This document shows, in pieces, positions 27,629 to 40,891 of a stretch of 64,000 bases of DNA. This DNA is from Selaginella moellendorffii (lineage: Eukaryota > Plantae > Lycopodiophyta). The number at the start of each line of letters is the position of its first letter. Position 1 is the first letter of the stretch. A program made the translations under genes and the position numbers. The stretch is taken from contig NW_003314275.1 in the NCBI RefSeq assembly GCF_000143415.4, positions 1,245,955-1,309,954 on the forward strand, written 5' to 3'. The notes under the pieces are model-generated. The model saw only the letters and a program-made list of their open reading frames with translations, ran no database searches and had not been told where the DNA came from.

Positions 27629-28694
27629 TCTATAATAATATGAACAAAGGGTGCAGACCCCCATAGCCGTCCAATCCCTGGCCTGGAGCCATGGTTTTTG
27701 GAAAGGGGGGGCACCCCAGGCCTGGGCCAGGACTGGTGGCCATGGTTAGTGGGAATATCGGCTCAATGTTGTGGTGGCCACGTGAGATGCACGTGTGGCA
27801 CGTGTGGCCGGGAAGGGAAGAGGGCATGGTGACAAGTGTTACACCATGTGGCTGTTTTTCTCGAATGCAGTTGTGTGGGCATTTGCGTGAGAGTTTGCGT
27901 CTGTAAGCTCCTAGAGGAGGTGCTCATGGGGATAACAGGTAGAATTGTAGTCAAGCACACAAGCCAGGCTCCTTTCGGGATCAACTCACTTGTGCGCGGT
28001 GTGTGAACAGCACCACAGGCAGGACTGGTGAGGGAGTTCGCCAAAAATGAAGAGCTGGGCTATGCTCGAATCTTGGAGCTGACTGGCACCATGGCAGCGG
28101 GTGTGGGTGATGCAAGGTATGCAAGTGACCTGAAGTGTGTGCAACCTGAAGGTGTCGAGGGAGCTCTGTGAGCTGTCAAAGGAAGGAGAAGCTAAAGTAC
28201 GCTGCCAGTGATCGTCCAGCATCCGCTTGAAGAGCCTAAGCGCTGAGGCTACATCCCCCTGGTGGCAGTAGCCGGCAATGATTGCGTTCCAAGTCACAGC
28301 ATCACGTCCTGCACTGGCCACCGAGTTGAAAACTTCGTGAGCTTCTGCCATGCAGCCGCACCATCCATAGAAGCCCAGCAGAGAATTCACGACGACCACC
28401 TTGGCTTCCATCTTGGCGTGACGGATCTGCTGGTGGATGGCCCTTCCAGTCTCCAGAGCCGTGGAGCTCTTGCAGGCCCAGAGCGCGGTGGCATAAGTTG
28501 GAGCATCAAGTACCAGGCCTTGGACTTGCTGCATCCGTGAGAAGAGATCCAGTGCAGCCAGTGCTTGCTCCACCTGGACATATCCAAGCATCAGCGTCAT
28601 CTACGAGACAACATCATGCCTCTCTATCTGGTCGAAGACTTGACAGGCATGCACCTCTTTGTAAACCACCCAGCATTTGTTGGGCAAGTACTTG
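27629..28694 (+). mobile_element. Candidate non-autonomous Helitron carrying a PPR fragment
   Basis: A|TCTATAATAAT start; hairpin CCCAGCA-TT-TGTTGGG at 28669-28684 followed by CAAGTA-CTTG|T; GC-richer island in AT-rich flanks; no TSD. Confidence 0.5.
28200..28680 (-). pseudogene. PLS-class PPR fragment
   Basis: QVFDQIERHDVVS*(W>stop)MTLMLGY, NSLLGFYGWCGCMAEAHEVF, DAVTWNAIIAGY. Confidence 0.85.
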
Positions 28695-30631
28695 TATATA
28701 ATGAATGAATGAATGAATAAATGAAATTTTAAAGAAATCTTAAGCTTGAGATAAGAAATAATACTTTTTTGGCTCCCACTTAGGAATAAGGCCCCTAAGC
28801 TCGAAGATAAATGAGCTTGTTTGTGATTGTTTATAATTTGGTTCTCCAACAATATAGAATGGTTTAAATTGCATGAAAACATTATGGCTCTTAATTTACC
28901 TCATCAAGGTTAGTTATTTTGTGGTTATCACCTTTGATATAGAAACTAAACAATAATTTCACAGAAAGATACAAAGAAAATCTCATCTATTTTAATCTTT
29001 TCTGAAACATATAAATTATAGGTTTTATTAACTAAAATCAAGTAAATTCAAGAGTATCTCAAGACTATTATCTGATTTGATAAAATCATGACACACTTTT
29101 AGCAAAAACTTTTTAGAGTTAGTGCTTATGATTGTTCAGGGAAACCAAGTGCCATACATTTTAAAAAGAGTTAAAATTCTTTTTGAAATCATCAAGTCTT
29201 TGAAAGGAGCCCAAATTTACTTGGCACTAAACAGTACAACTAAATTGTTCAAGATAAAAGAGATTTGGTTTCTACAATTATGAACAAATGATCCAGATAC
29301 AAAATTACAAGATGTTTATAAAAGTTATAAGGGCATTCTAGTTATCTTTTATCTTAAAAGGTAGTTTAGCTTGAAGCAACAGCCACAACAATTTTGTTGG
29401 ATGGTGGGTTATTAAATAGTGGTGGTTGCTAGGAGGAATTCTTCCAGCTAAACTTAGTGTTTACAGATTAATAGGATCCTTTCACAAATTTGTAATAATA
29501 GTAACCATCTCCACATATTATTGCAAATGCATATATACATAATATATTAGTAATTTTTGCTAAAATTTAGCTAGTTATATTTTGATATCCATCATAGCTA
29601 ATGATAATATGCACTCATGACTTCAATATGACCATTGAGATGCTTTAGCCAGTACAAAATGCAAATGCAGGAAGAAGGATAAAGATAAAAAATAATACTT
29701 TCTAACAAGAAATTTTACTTACTATGATATCTTTGAAACTAAATAGTTCATTTTGTCTAGGAGGTGGTTGCACGTTACAGTGGTATAAAACATTGTAAAA
29801 AATGATTAAAATTTTTATGAAAATAAATGTAAACATCACAAAACTAGTTTTAAAAGTAATTAAAAAATTTATATAAAATTTATAAGGTAGTTTTATAGTA
29901 ATTTCAATTACTTTTTTTAATCATTTTTGTATATGATTGTAGTGTAAATTTTTTCACAATACACTTGGCCACTTACTCTTTTCCTATCCAAGAATAACAT
30001 AATATTAAGAAAAAGTACACAAAGAAAACAAAGTAATGTACTTTATTCTTCAAACTAAACAATCTTTGAAAATCACTAGTTTTGCTTGGCATCATAACAG
30101 TTTGGGCATTTGAACCCAAAAACAATCCTATGTTCCAAACACCATTAAAACTTTCTTAGAATCTAAGAAAACCAAAGTTTCCTTGCAAAAGAAACATTTA
30201 AAATGTATAGTTATTGCTCTAATATGTTCTTCCTACCTTATAGCCTCAAGGATTGTTTTTGATACATTGAATCTAAGTGATCAGGTTCTTACAAGACATT
30301 GGTATTATAAGCTTTAGTCAGTTTACTTGTATGATGAAATCAATTATATCATATTACCTTATAAAGTGAGATTTATACTTGAAGAGTTGTTTACTCACAC
30401 AAGGTAATAGTGTTTCATCTATGTCTCTCTCTTGGGTAGTTCCTAATATGTGCACAAATGCATAAAATTGGTAATAGAATCAAAGGCAAGAATTGTCTCA
30501 TGCCAAAGACAGGCTTTAAGATGTAAACAGATGGTCTTTGCTTAAACTAGTAAAGCTAAAAGTAAAGCTCTAATTCTTTTATCATACTGTTAACAAAAGG
30601 AGATTGGGAAAGCTATAGCCATGGCTAGTCC

Positions 30632-30633
<2 letters not shown>

Positions 30634-30705
<72 letters not shown>
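30634..30705. repeat. (CT)n microsatellite
   Basis: ~36 CT units. Confidence 0.95.
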
Positions 30706-30709
<4 letters not shown>

Positions 30710-31827
30710 GTATATAAAATCTAGTGTGATTTGTTTAGAAATGCTAGCACCTAGAAGACATTAAAGCTTCTCATTGCAATATGAGACTATATCAGGACAA
30801 ATGTTAAGAGCACAAGCATTTGATTTGGCAAGGTTGCTTACAATGTTCTTGTTGTTGTTCATTTTGCAAATAAAATGTCACTCTTAGAAATAACAAAAAT
30901 TCTATTACCTTTGTCAACTATTGAAATGATCTATGCAGTAAGAAAGATAAAATCAATATCAAGGTGCTTTCCTCAATATGAAAATATACCTTAAACCAAG
31001 ATGTCTATCTCAAATTTTTATGGTAGATAATGTAAAGAGCTTGCCTGAGAGAATTACACACGTACTTTCTGAAGTTATTGCAGATCTCTCTTCCTCTAAA
31101 AAGGGGAGCAAGTAAAGCCTTGGATTATGATCACACAAGATAAATCCATGGGGATGGATCTTGGTAGTGCACATTCAACTAAAGAGGGATTTGTGGTGTC
31201 AATGGTTCTCTTTTACCTATTTTTAGTAATATCCAAGAATAAAATATTGATTACAAGTAGTGCAAGGCTCTTTCTCTCTCTTGATTCTCTTATGTACAGC
31301 TGCTAAGAATATTCTAGTAACTACTTAATAATATAAAAAAGGAATCTACTTTTTCCAATAAAATCAAAGAAATTAAAAAAAAACCTCTATATCCAGGAAC
31401 CTATGGAGTGGAAAGATCACGATCAAGATGCTACCCACTAAGCCCCTTATCCCAGCTATAGAGCCTTGTGCTAGTGGCTATGGTAGGCCCTAGTTGCCAT
31501 CATGCAGGACATGGCCATAGCATGGGCTGGCTTGTAGTTAGATTTGAAGAAAAACTAAGAATAGTATTGAACTTTGAAGGAGATGGAAGGAGTTTGTGTG
31601 TCAAGATTTGACACATTTCCTGCTAGGGAGAAAGGTCAAAAGAAAGTAGATTTACTTATAGCTGTGCAAAAGTTCCTTGGCACCCCATATAAAAGCTATA
31701 TTTCTGGAAGAGAGCAACATTTTAACTATGTGATTTATTTTTAATCACACTCTATTTCTGGCCATACCACAGTCCTACAGTGGATCCCTTCGGGACAAAA
31801 GACATACTCATAAATGCTCAATATCTA

Positions 31828-32190
31828 GAGTCGTGTTTAAAAGAGTTGTAATTGAATACTCATTTATAGCTTTTGATGTTACAAATAAGTTAGTCACAAT
31901 AACTTTGCAAGTGTAAGTGCTCAGCATTTACATCCACTCTAGCTGCGTGGAGGAGGTGAAGAAATTACTAGCAAAGATCCTTTTTCTAAGGATAGGATGT
32001 AGCCTTTTCTTTGGTCTGAAAAAACAAAAAGTGAGAGTCATGTCTAAAAGAGTATAATTGAATAGTCATTTATAACTTTTGATGCTAGAAGTTGGTCATT
32101 GTAACTTTGCAAGTGCAGAATGCAGCTACTAAGCACTTGCGTCCACTCTTGCCATGTAGAGGAGGGAAAAAAATTACTAGCAAAGATCCT
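31828..32190. repeat. Diverged tandem duplication (~155 bp shared, ~207 bp period)
   Basis: GAGTC..AAAAGAGT...AAATTACTAGCAAAGATCCT occurs at 31828-31981 and 32035-32190. Confidence 0.8.
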
Positions 32191-33939
32191 AGGATTGTCC
32201 TTTTCCAAAAGTTTGTAAAAGAAGAATAGGAAGAGGGGAAAAGGAAGAAATTTAGAAGTGCTCTTGTATCCTCCTCACCACCAATAAGGTTTTTTAGTTA
32301 TACAATGATAATTATCTTTTCATACATCTTTGTGACTAAGTATGAAGCATACATTCAAAACTGAAAGAAAGAGTATAAGTACACCTATAGTAATAGAAGT
32401 TCAATTGCCAGATTCTGGTAACCAACTCTTTGTAAAAATTTAGGAATTCACCTTAAGCTCCTGAAGAACATAAATTTTAAATCATGGTTATCAAGAAAAA
32501 TCTTCACTTACTTCTGTTGTCATTAAAGTGTTATAAAACTATTTGTGTTCTAGTCACCTAATACAACATCCAAGATCACAACTTTGAATGAATCACTCTT
32601 TTACCTTCTAACAATTTTTGACAAAGTCAGTGGTAGCTTTGTACTTGCATAAGATCCATCACCAATGTGATATTGCCTAAGATCTAGAACAATATTTAGA
32701 GTGATAAAAGTTGATAGTAACGTGAATTCTCTGCACCAAAACGTTAAAATCAAATGGGAAAAACCATAAGTTCACCTCTTGAATAAAAGTTGCACCAACT
32801 GCACATATAACTAACTCAAACCCCCAGTAGAGAGTATATATGTACCTTTGAAAGAGCCAGAAGCTATGAGTGCATGCCATTTTGATTATGGTGGATATTT
32901 AGACCAATCGTTCCATGAGAGAAGTAAAGTTCTAGAATACTTCCTCTTCATCTCACATCACAAAAAGAACTGGTGATAGCAGATTACTCATTCCTATGAG
33001 AAAATAGTGGTTTTTAACAGATCGTGCTATACTTAACAGTAGCCCAGATCAAATTTGTAAAATAAGTGATTAAAATGTCATGGATGAAATCGTTGCTGCC
33101 ATCATCAGCTGGGAATGCACACAGGTGTTGGGAAGACACCACCGTCCTCTAAACTTAAGTAGAATCATGGTTCAGCCACAGCTGAATGTCTGCCACAAGC
33201 TCATGCAACATATCCTAACCCTGTCATGTAAAGATGCTTGCAAGCTCACTCACACTCACTGATTCTAGCATATACAAGGAGCTGGTTCTTGGATTCACTG
33301 TAGACGCCAAAAGCCTCACCACAGTGCTCAAGTTGTAGCTTAGGGATGTGGGGCTTGGAAGGAGAGCTCGGCATGTGGAATTCTATTAGAGGGTGATGCT
33401 GATGTATCGAATTGGACATGTCCTCTAGCAACCAGCAGATTTTTTATTCCATGGTGGCCAGGAGCATTGAGCCCTAGAACTCATTTACAGCCAGGTAGGA
33501 GATATCAAAAAAGGAGAACTCTGACTCGAGAAATTTAGCAGAGGATGAGCAGTTCTCACAATTGATTGACATAGACGCCTGTATTTCTTACACTGTCTAA
33601 GACGATTTCAATGAATTTTGTCTTTAGGTTTGTTTATATTAAGTTTCTGAATTTCATATTGAAAAATGCAGCAGATGGGCTGAAAGACAACTCAGAAGAA
33701 TAGATTGTGTTGAGGATTATGAGATTGGAGTGCTATTACTAGAAAAATTTATGTAACTCATAAATGAAGTTATGGAAACATATGCATCCTTCATGGCAAA
33801 TGCTTGGGCTATTTGAGAATAAAACTTTTTTTTTACATATTTTGTGAGATCGACAACAAACAGACACCAATGCTGGGAACTACTCTATTAATAATACAGA
33901 CCTGGAACTATGTTGCCTTGGTTTTTCTTTTACTATTGT

Positions 33940-34890
33940 AACTTAACATTATCTATTGCAGAAAGTTTTCTAGTTCCATCCCTTTCTCCAGAGCCTGGAG
34001 CTTCACGAGCTTCATGAGCTTCCCATGAATTCGCTCGAGCAGCTCTTGTGTAGCCAGGCTCGCACATGCCAGAATTGCAGCAACAAAAACCTTGGCGCCT
34101 GCTACACACCCTCCACATCTGACTACATCCTTGAGAAGAAATCCAAGGCCACCTCGGCTTCACCGTTTTGAGCATGTCCCAGTATAACTGTCGTCCAGAA
34201 GACAACACCTCGACGGCAATGCCTCTGAAAACTCCACGGGCCTCCACCATGTTGACAAACTTTGCATATATGTCGATTATGGCTGGTGATGAATACATCA
34301 GACTCATAGCCGCTGCGGGCAAACCAATCTAAACACCTGGAAAAGCCTTTTCACTGTGATCGGAGCCTTTTGGGTCTCGCTGCCAAAGGCCTTGAGCACC
34401 GCAAAGAACGGTTGACCATCTGGCACGCATTCCTTGCATTGCGTGAGAGAGAAGAAATAGATGACCTTGTTCATGGCCCAGGATCAAACTTGTCCACGAC
34501 ACAACGTTTGGCCGGAGAATCCCTCGAAAGACTCCTCAATTCTCCCACACTTCGAATAGAAAGTTATGAGCACATTACACACACGTAGATGTTGGAAAGA
34601 AATGCATACTTGTTAGCTTGAGCGTGCAAATCCAGACCCATTTTGCAGGCTTAACCGCCAGATTGGAGCACGCCTTGACAAAGCTCTGCGAATCCGTCAA
34701 CACTCCTGCGGTGGAATATCTCTAGAGCTAGGTATTCAACGTAGCCAAGGATGAGCGACGTCCATGAAGCAACGCTGCACTGGCAACGATTCATGCCCTC
34801 AAAGATCGTACATGTGAATCAGTGCATTCTCCATGCCAACATTCTAGGAATAGCTGAGCCAATCGAGCTCAGCATGGAATTCGACTCCAG
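33940..34890 (-). pseudogene. Decayed PLS-class PPR gene
   Basis: VASWTSLILGYVE, IIDIYAKFVNMVEARGVF motifs, with frameshifts and stops. Confidence 0.75.
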
Positions 34891-35323
34891 CCCTAACATT
34901 TGAAATTAATTGTTTTGTAGTGGATATATTTAGAATATGTTTGAATATTCTAGAATATTTTACTATCTAACGGTTATTATTTATTTAGAATAATTTTGTA
35001 TTTATAATTTATAAACATGTTTATAATTTATAAACTTTCTTAAACCCTTTCTAGTATATTCTTATTTATTTTATCATCTAATGGTTAATATTCAATAAGA
35101 TTAATTTTGTGTTTATAAATTACAAACATGCTTATAATTGTAAACTTTATTTGATCAATTGGATTAATAAATAAAGCAAACCAAATGTTGCTATTAATTT
35201 CAACCGTTAGATCAAAAACATATTCCTAAATGATTACTGTATTTATTTTTGGAACGAATAAAATAGAAGTATGCTCTGTTTACAGGTAAGTGGTTATTCC
35301 AGTTTCTGGTTTCCCCTGAATTT

Positions 35324-36877
35324 TTACGAAACCAAGGACACAAGAGACACATATTCTGCCGACTGGCGCCCTTTGGTCTTGATATTGATGATGAAGTGCT
35401 CCGGGTATCTCCGGAGGAGTCCAAGCAGCCCGTCCCATGGCCTTGCTCCATCTTCCTCCGTCTTCACCTCCACAACTTTCCACACCTTTGCTGGGGAGCA
35501 AATGCTTGAGTAGTGCTCCGGAGCATGCAGCTACAAGAGAACAAGTTCACCGGAAACAAAAACAACGAAGAACTCGCGTGAGAAACTTTGTTCTGCTAGT
35601 AATCTCCATGTATGAAAGAAAAAGGGACGCGTTTAGAGACTTAAGTACCTCGTTAAACAGCTCCACGATTGGCATCCACTCGCCAGGGCCGCAGAGGTCA
35701 GACAGCACGGAGCCAATGGCCGCTACAACCTCCCTCTCCTCGGCCGAAGTGTAAGGAGGTGGTTTCTCTGCGCACGGCACGCACCAAGTTAGAACCTTGA
35801 CAACGATGCTTGGACTGGGTCAAATGAGAGGAAAGAGCTTCTTATAAGTAACAAACAATGCTTAAGCTGCGAAAAGAAAGCGGAAGAGAAAGAGAGGGAG
35901 GGAGGGATCTTTACTGCTCAAGCGCTCGACGAATCCAAACCTCCCAATCTCTCATCTATATCGACAACAAGAGACGGACGTTAGTATAGAGCTCAAGAGA
36001 AAGAAGAAAAGAGAATAAAGTTCTAAAAACTGGACGAAAACCATGACTGGAATGAAAGTAGAAGGAAGAGATCACACACAAACGTAAGTTTCATACCCAG
36101 TTCTCTTTGGTTTCTTAAATCTTCACAGCTTTCTACAAGAACAAAGCACTCAAACAACAGTCACTCTAGAAAACCTTCCCGCTAAGGCTAATACTTCTCT
36201 CTTCTGCTCTAGACAAGTTTTTACGTACCGGATGAATAGGCAGGACCCCCAGAGGGTGGTGGCGTCGAGTGAGGATGAGGATACACGCCATTTCCACCGC
36301 TGCTTCCACTGGCGATCGAAAGTCCTGCCTGCATCGCTGCTGCTGCTGAAAGTGCCGCTGCCTCCCCTCCAGCCGATTTCCTCTTCTTCGATTCTTTTCG
36401 AGAAGAGCCATCTTCCGCCTTGGATTGCTTCGACCGCTTCTTGCCGCTAGATCCTCCTCCGGGAGCCGCCAGAGCAATGGGAGCCGGAGCCACCATCGTC
36501 GTGAGAGGAGGCGGAGGAGGAGTGGGCTTGGCGATGGAGATCTGCTTCGTGGGTAGCAAGAAGTAGAACTTCTTCTCGCCAATCTGGAGCAAGTCCTGGG
36601 AGTCGAGCTTGACGTGGGAGGTGCCGCGGAGATACAAGACGCCCTCGACGTAGCACCCATTCTTGCTAAGCACCTCCAGCGCGAATCTCTTCCTGCCAAA
36701 GTCGTAGTAAATCCGTGCGTGCTGCCGGGAGATGTTCATGCCCCCGCCCATGCTAGCCAGATCCACATCCACTGTCGACTTCTTGCTGTTCCTCCCCAGG
36801 ATGATCGAGTAAGTCTGCATGTAGTACTCGAAATCTTCGCCTTGGAGCTTTGCAAACCCTGCCTCCAACTCTCCCAT
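35324..36877 (-). CDS. FHA2: FHA domain protein, FHA2-like; predicted exons 36229-36877, 36097-36132, 35941-35955, 35649-35767, 35324-35530
   Basis: EAGFAKLQGEDFEYYMQTYSIILGRNSKK..ISRQHARI FHA domain; C-terminal WDGLLGLLRRYPEHFII..YVSLVSLVS*; the two small exons are inferred from splice signals and phase. Confidence 0.9.
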
Positions 36878-37320
36878 CGCTAGATCTGTTCTCTAGGACC
36901 AATCCCCTCCCCTGGAGCTCTCCACTGTTCTTCCCTATCTCCCCATAGAGGAAAAAAAAACCCTCTCTCCTGCCGAAATTCTTAAAAAATGCCGGTGATT
37001 CTCTCGAGATTGCTGGAGCAATCAATGATCTGGCGAAAGATTTGGAGTAAGCGGCGCTGGAGCTAAGGAAATCTCGGGTCTAATCGATGGGACTTACCAG
37101 TGACCATCACTCTTGGGCCTTGGCGCTCGAGCTCCCCGATTTCTTCCCACTCGCGACGATTAAAAGCCCTAGCCCACGGAGCCCCAACGGCCAGATTTTG
37201 GCCACGTCGTTGCGATCCAACGTTCCGGGAGACTCGAGTATGAATGTCCTTAAAAACAGCATGCGTATGCCACGAGAGAAAATCCGTCCGTGGTAGCGGC
37301 TCGTTAGGGTTTAGGAGTGG
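36878..37320. promoter_or_regulatory. Compact divergent (bidirectional) promoter between FHA2-like and CLSY-like genes
   Basis: ATGs ~440 bp apart head-to-head; telo-box TAGGGTTT ~37305 and site II-like TGGGCC ~37113. Confidence 0.55.
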
Positions 37321-40300
37321 ATGGATTCGTCCAGCGGACCGATCGTTCTCTCCACCTCGTCGTCCGACTCCTCCTCCTCGTCCGATCGCAGCGCCAGCGC
37401 CAGCAGCAGCGATTCTGAGTCTTCCGCCGTCGAGATCGTCTCCGGGCCAGCGAAATCAGGTGAGATTTCGCGTCCTGGAGCTCGTTTCTCCGCATATTTC
37501 GCGGGATATCCTGAGGCTTTTGCCGCTTCTTGGATCCAGCATTGCCGTTTTCTTTCGCATCTTGCCGCAAGCGCGGGACGCGCGCTCAATGCAAGACCTG
37601 CTGCCATTTCAAATTCAACAAGGCGAGCACCGAGCTCACACCACAGCCGTGTAAGCCTTGTCATTCTAAGCAGATTTTTTTCTTCTCGTTCCAACCGGTA
37701 CTTGAGCTCATAACTCTCCTCTTCCATTTCCTCCCATCTTTCTCTGTTTATCTTGCACAGCTCTCGAAGTTTTCTTCCGCGATCGCTGGTGGACTGTGGA
37801 TTCCATACGTGAGGAGGAAGCCAGTAGCGGCGCTTACATTGTGCGCTGTGTGGAATTCGAGAAGAAGGACGTGAGAATAGATTTGCAATGCATCAGACTT
37901 AGCAGTCGAAGGGCGAGCGACGAAGACTGCATTCTTCTCAAAGAAGGCGTGGATGTTTGCGTCTTTGCTCGTCACCCACAGACTAATGTGAAGGTACGCT
38001 AGTATCTTCTTTTCAGTTTGTGACTTTCTATCTTCTGAGTTTGTGACTTCCACTCTTTCTGTGCAGGCTTGGCATGACGCTAACATTGACAAAGTTCACA
38101 AAAGACCACACGACACTAAATGCGACTGTAGGATAATCGTTAAACTGTACAGCATCGGTGACAAGGTAACAGACTTGACAACACTAAAACACAAACCTGA
38201 GACTGTAGGCATTGCGAGGATAAAAATCTTGCAAGCGCCCAACCACATTGACTTCGAGGAGGTCGTGCAAGCGGCAATCCAGCCGGGATTGGCGAAACGG
38301 GTATGGTCTCGTGACGTTGGCTCGATCAAGAGCAAACATGATGGAAGCAGATACGGCCTGGGAATCCAACGCCACCGCCACCACCACCACGATCACCACC
38401 ACAGGCATGGCTGCTACGAGCTCGAAGTAATCGACGATGACTCTTCCAGCGACGACTTTGAGGCCTTGTTGGACGCAGAGCTTCGCCCGACTGAGGTAGT
38501 AGACTCGGATGAAGAGGACTACGTTGACAGACTAAACGAAAGAACGTATGTGTCACCGAGAAAGCCTGTCCAGGGAGTACGCAGGTCGAAGGAGAAAGCG
38601 AAGAAAACCAAGAGGCCTGGAAATGAACAGACTTTAAGGCACCGAGAGAAAAGCTCGTCTAGAAGGGACGCTTTGAAGGACAAAACGCCCAAGGTGAAGA
38701 AGAAAAGCAAGTCTTTAAAGCGTAAGCGTGAAGATGACAGGGCCACTCGTGGTGACAGGGCGAGCGCTCACAGAAAGAAAAGTAGAAAAAGGACAGAGAC
38801 AGACATTTACACACACTTAGCGGAGGAGGACCTTGAAAAGGAACAAGGATATCTGGTAAGCCTGGAAGATTATTGGAACAGAAAGCATGTTAGTTTCGAG
38901 CCAGAGCCGACAATGGAAGAGAAAATCTTGAGGGAAATGGAGATGGTGTTTCCAAGAAAAACTGAAGAAGATGAGGTCAGTGATTCTAGTATATCATGCA
39001 TGCTCACAATAATTCCTGTTTTTTACAGGCACCACGCATGAGCAGCTTTGACGATATATGTGAGGTACACGACTACGTTTTGAACGAGTTGGTGGGACTT
39101 ATTTGCAGTGTATGTGGATACGTTGGGATTCCTATCGAAGAGATGGCGCCACATCCGGTAAGCTCGTTTGGTTTCTACAGATATACTAGCGCTAAATGAG
39201 TTTTTTTGCAGGACTGGAGCTTCAGGCTGCCGCAGAACGTACTTGAAAATCCGGATCCCTTCATTAGAAGGCCGGAACTCAACGATCTAAACGACGACCT
39301 GGCCGACGACCCTTACTTTCCCAGTACTGACACAAGAAGAAGCTTACATGCCCATCAAAGACGTGCCGTGCGCTTTATGAAGAGAAACATCGTGGACGAG
39401 GAGGGAGGCTGCATTCTGGCACACGCCCCTGGCACCGGCAAGACGTTTGCCACGGTTTACTTCTATTTAAAGTACAAAGAAATCATGGCGGGGTGCCGGC
39501 TGCTCGTGCTTTGTCCGAAGATGGTCCAGAACGTATGGAGAGAAGAGTTCCGGAAATCCCAGATGGAGACACCATTCTTCTTGAGCTCTCGGAAGTCAAG
39601 GCGGCTAGAGGTCCTCTCACGGTGGCACAGGCAACGGGGCGTGCTGGTGATGGGCTTCACCTTGTTTATGAAGATGAGCTTGAAGAAGGAGTACCGCAGC
39701 TACATGCTCGAGAGCCCGGAGCTGGTGATCCTGGACGAGGGGCACACGCTGCGATCGAATGGAACGCTTCTCAGGAACGCGGTGATGAATATGAAGACCA
39801 AGCTGCGGATACTGCTGTCCGGCACCTTGTTCCAGAACACGTTCGAGGAGCTCTTCAACCTCATCTTTCTCGCGAGGCCCAACTTCATCCAGCAGCTCCA
39901 GATGGAGGACCGAGCTCGGAGGTGGTTCATCAAGGAGATAGGCAGGAAGTTCGACGACGGTCATGGCCACAGGGAGATGCAAGCCGCGCAGATGAAGCTG
40001 GTGAAGATGACGCAGGGATTCACGGACCACTACACGGGTGCCATCCTCACGGAGGTCCTCCCGGGGCTGCGGGACTACGAGATAACCACGGCCATGACGG
40101 AGCTCCAGCACAAGCTGGTGGCCGCAGTGGCGGGCACGCTCGAGATGGACATCACCCGGACCAGGATCTCCATCCACCCGCTGCTGAGGAGCGCCGAGGC
40201 CGCCGGGGGTGACTTCTCCGCCGTGGCGGCGGAGGTGGTGGACGTGCGCGCCAGCATGAAGACGGCGTTCGTGATGAAGCTCATCGAGCTGTGCCAGTGC

Positions 40301-40891
40301 GCCAACGAGAAGGTGCTCGTGTTTGGCGAGTTCCTGGCGCCATTCCACTTGCTGCTGCGCATGCTGGAGCTGGAGCGCGGGTGGTCGCGAGACAAGGAGG
40401 TGGTGTTCCTCCACGGGGCGCTGGTGACCGAGGAGCGACACGAACTTATGGACAGGTTCAACGCGGAGGGGTCCGAGGCGCGCGTGTGCCTGGCGTCCAT
40501 CCGAGCCTGCGCGGAGGGGATCACGCTCGTCGGGGCCTCGAGAGTGGTGCTGCTCCATCCGGTGTGGAACCCGGCGCAGACCAACCAGGCGATCAGCCGG
40601 GCGTTCCGGCTTGGGCAGAAGCGCAAGGTGTTCGTCTACCGGCTGGTGACGGAGGTGGAGACAGTGAAGAACTCGCGGACAAAGTGGAAGGACTTTTGCT
40701 CCGAGGCCATCTTCGAGACGGCTGGGAGCGCCGCGCCGAGGCCGCAAGAGCCGGCGTCGCTGAGCGCGGAGGAGATTTTCAGCGAGGACAAACTGCTGGC
40801 GCAGATCCACGCCGAGGGGATGGTGTTGCGAGTGTGTTACAGGGATCACTTCTTCGAACAGGGGGAGAATCAAACTCCCGGCTCACAGTGA
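37321..40891 (+). CDS. CLSY: CLASSY1/2-like SNF2 chromatin remodeler (RdDM family); predicted exons 37321-37459, 37761-37993, 38067-38975, 39029-39157, 39212-40891
   Basis: N-terminal SAWADEE-like region (IRLSSRRASDEDCILLKEGVDVCVF..WHDANI..KRPHDTKCDC); HDYVLNELVGLICSVCGYV motif; helicase motifs HAPGTGKT, LDEGH, LSGTLFQN, EGITLVGASRV, QAISRAFRLGQ; first exon uncertain. Confidence 0.85.

Noticed and set aside
28900-33550. Possible decayed DNA-transposon or LINE coding fragments
   Set aside because: No motif I could identify with confidence; needs BLASTX/RepeatMasker
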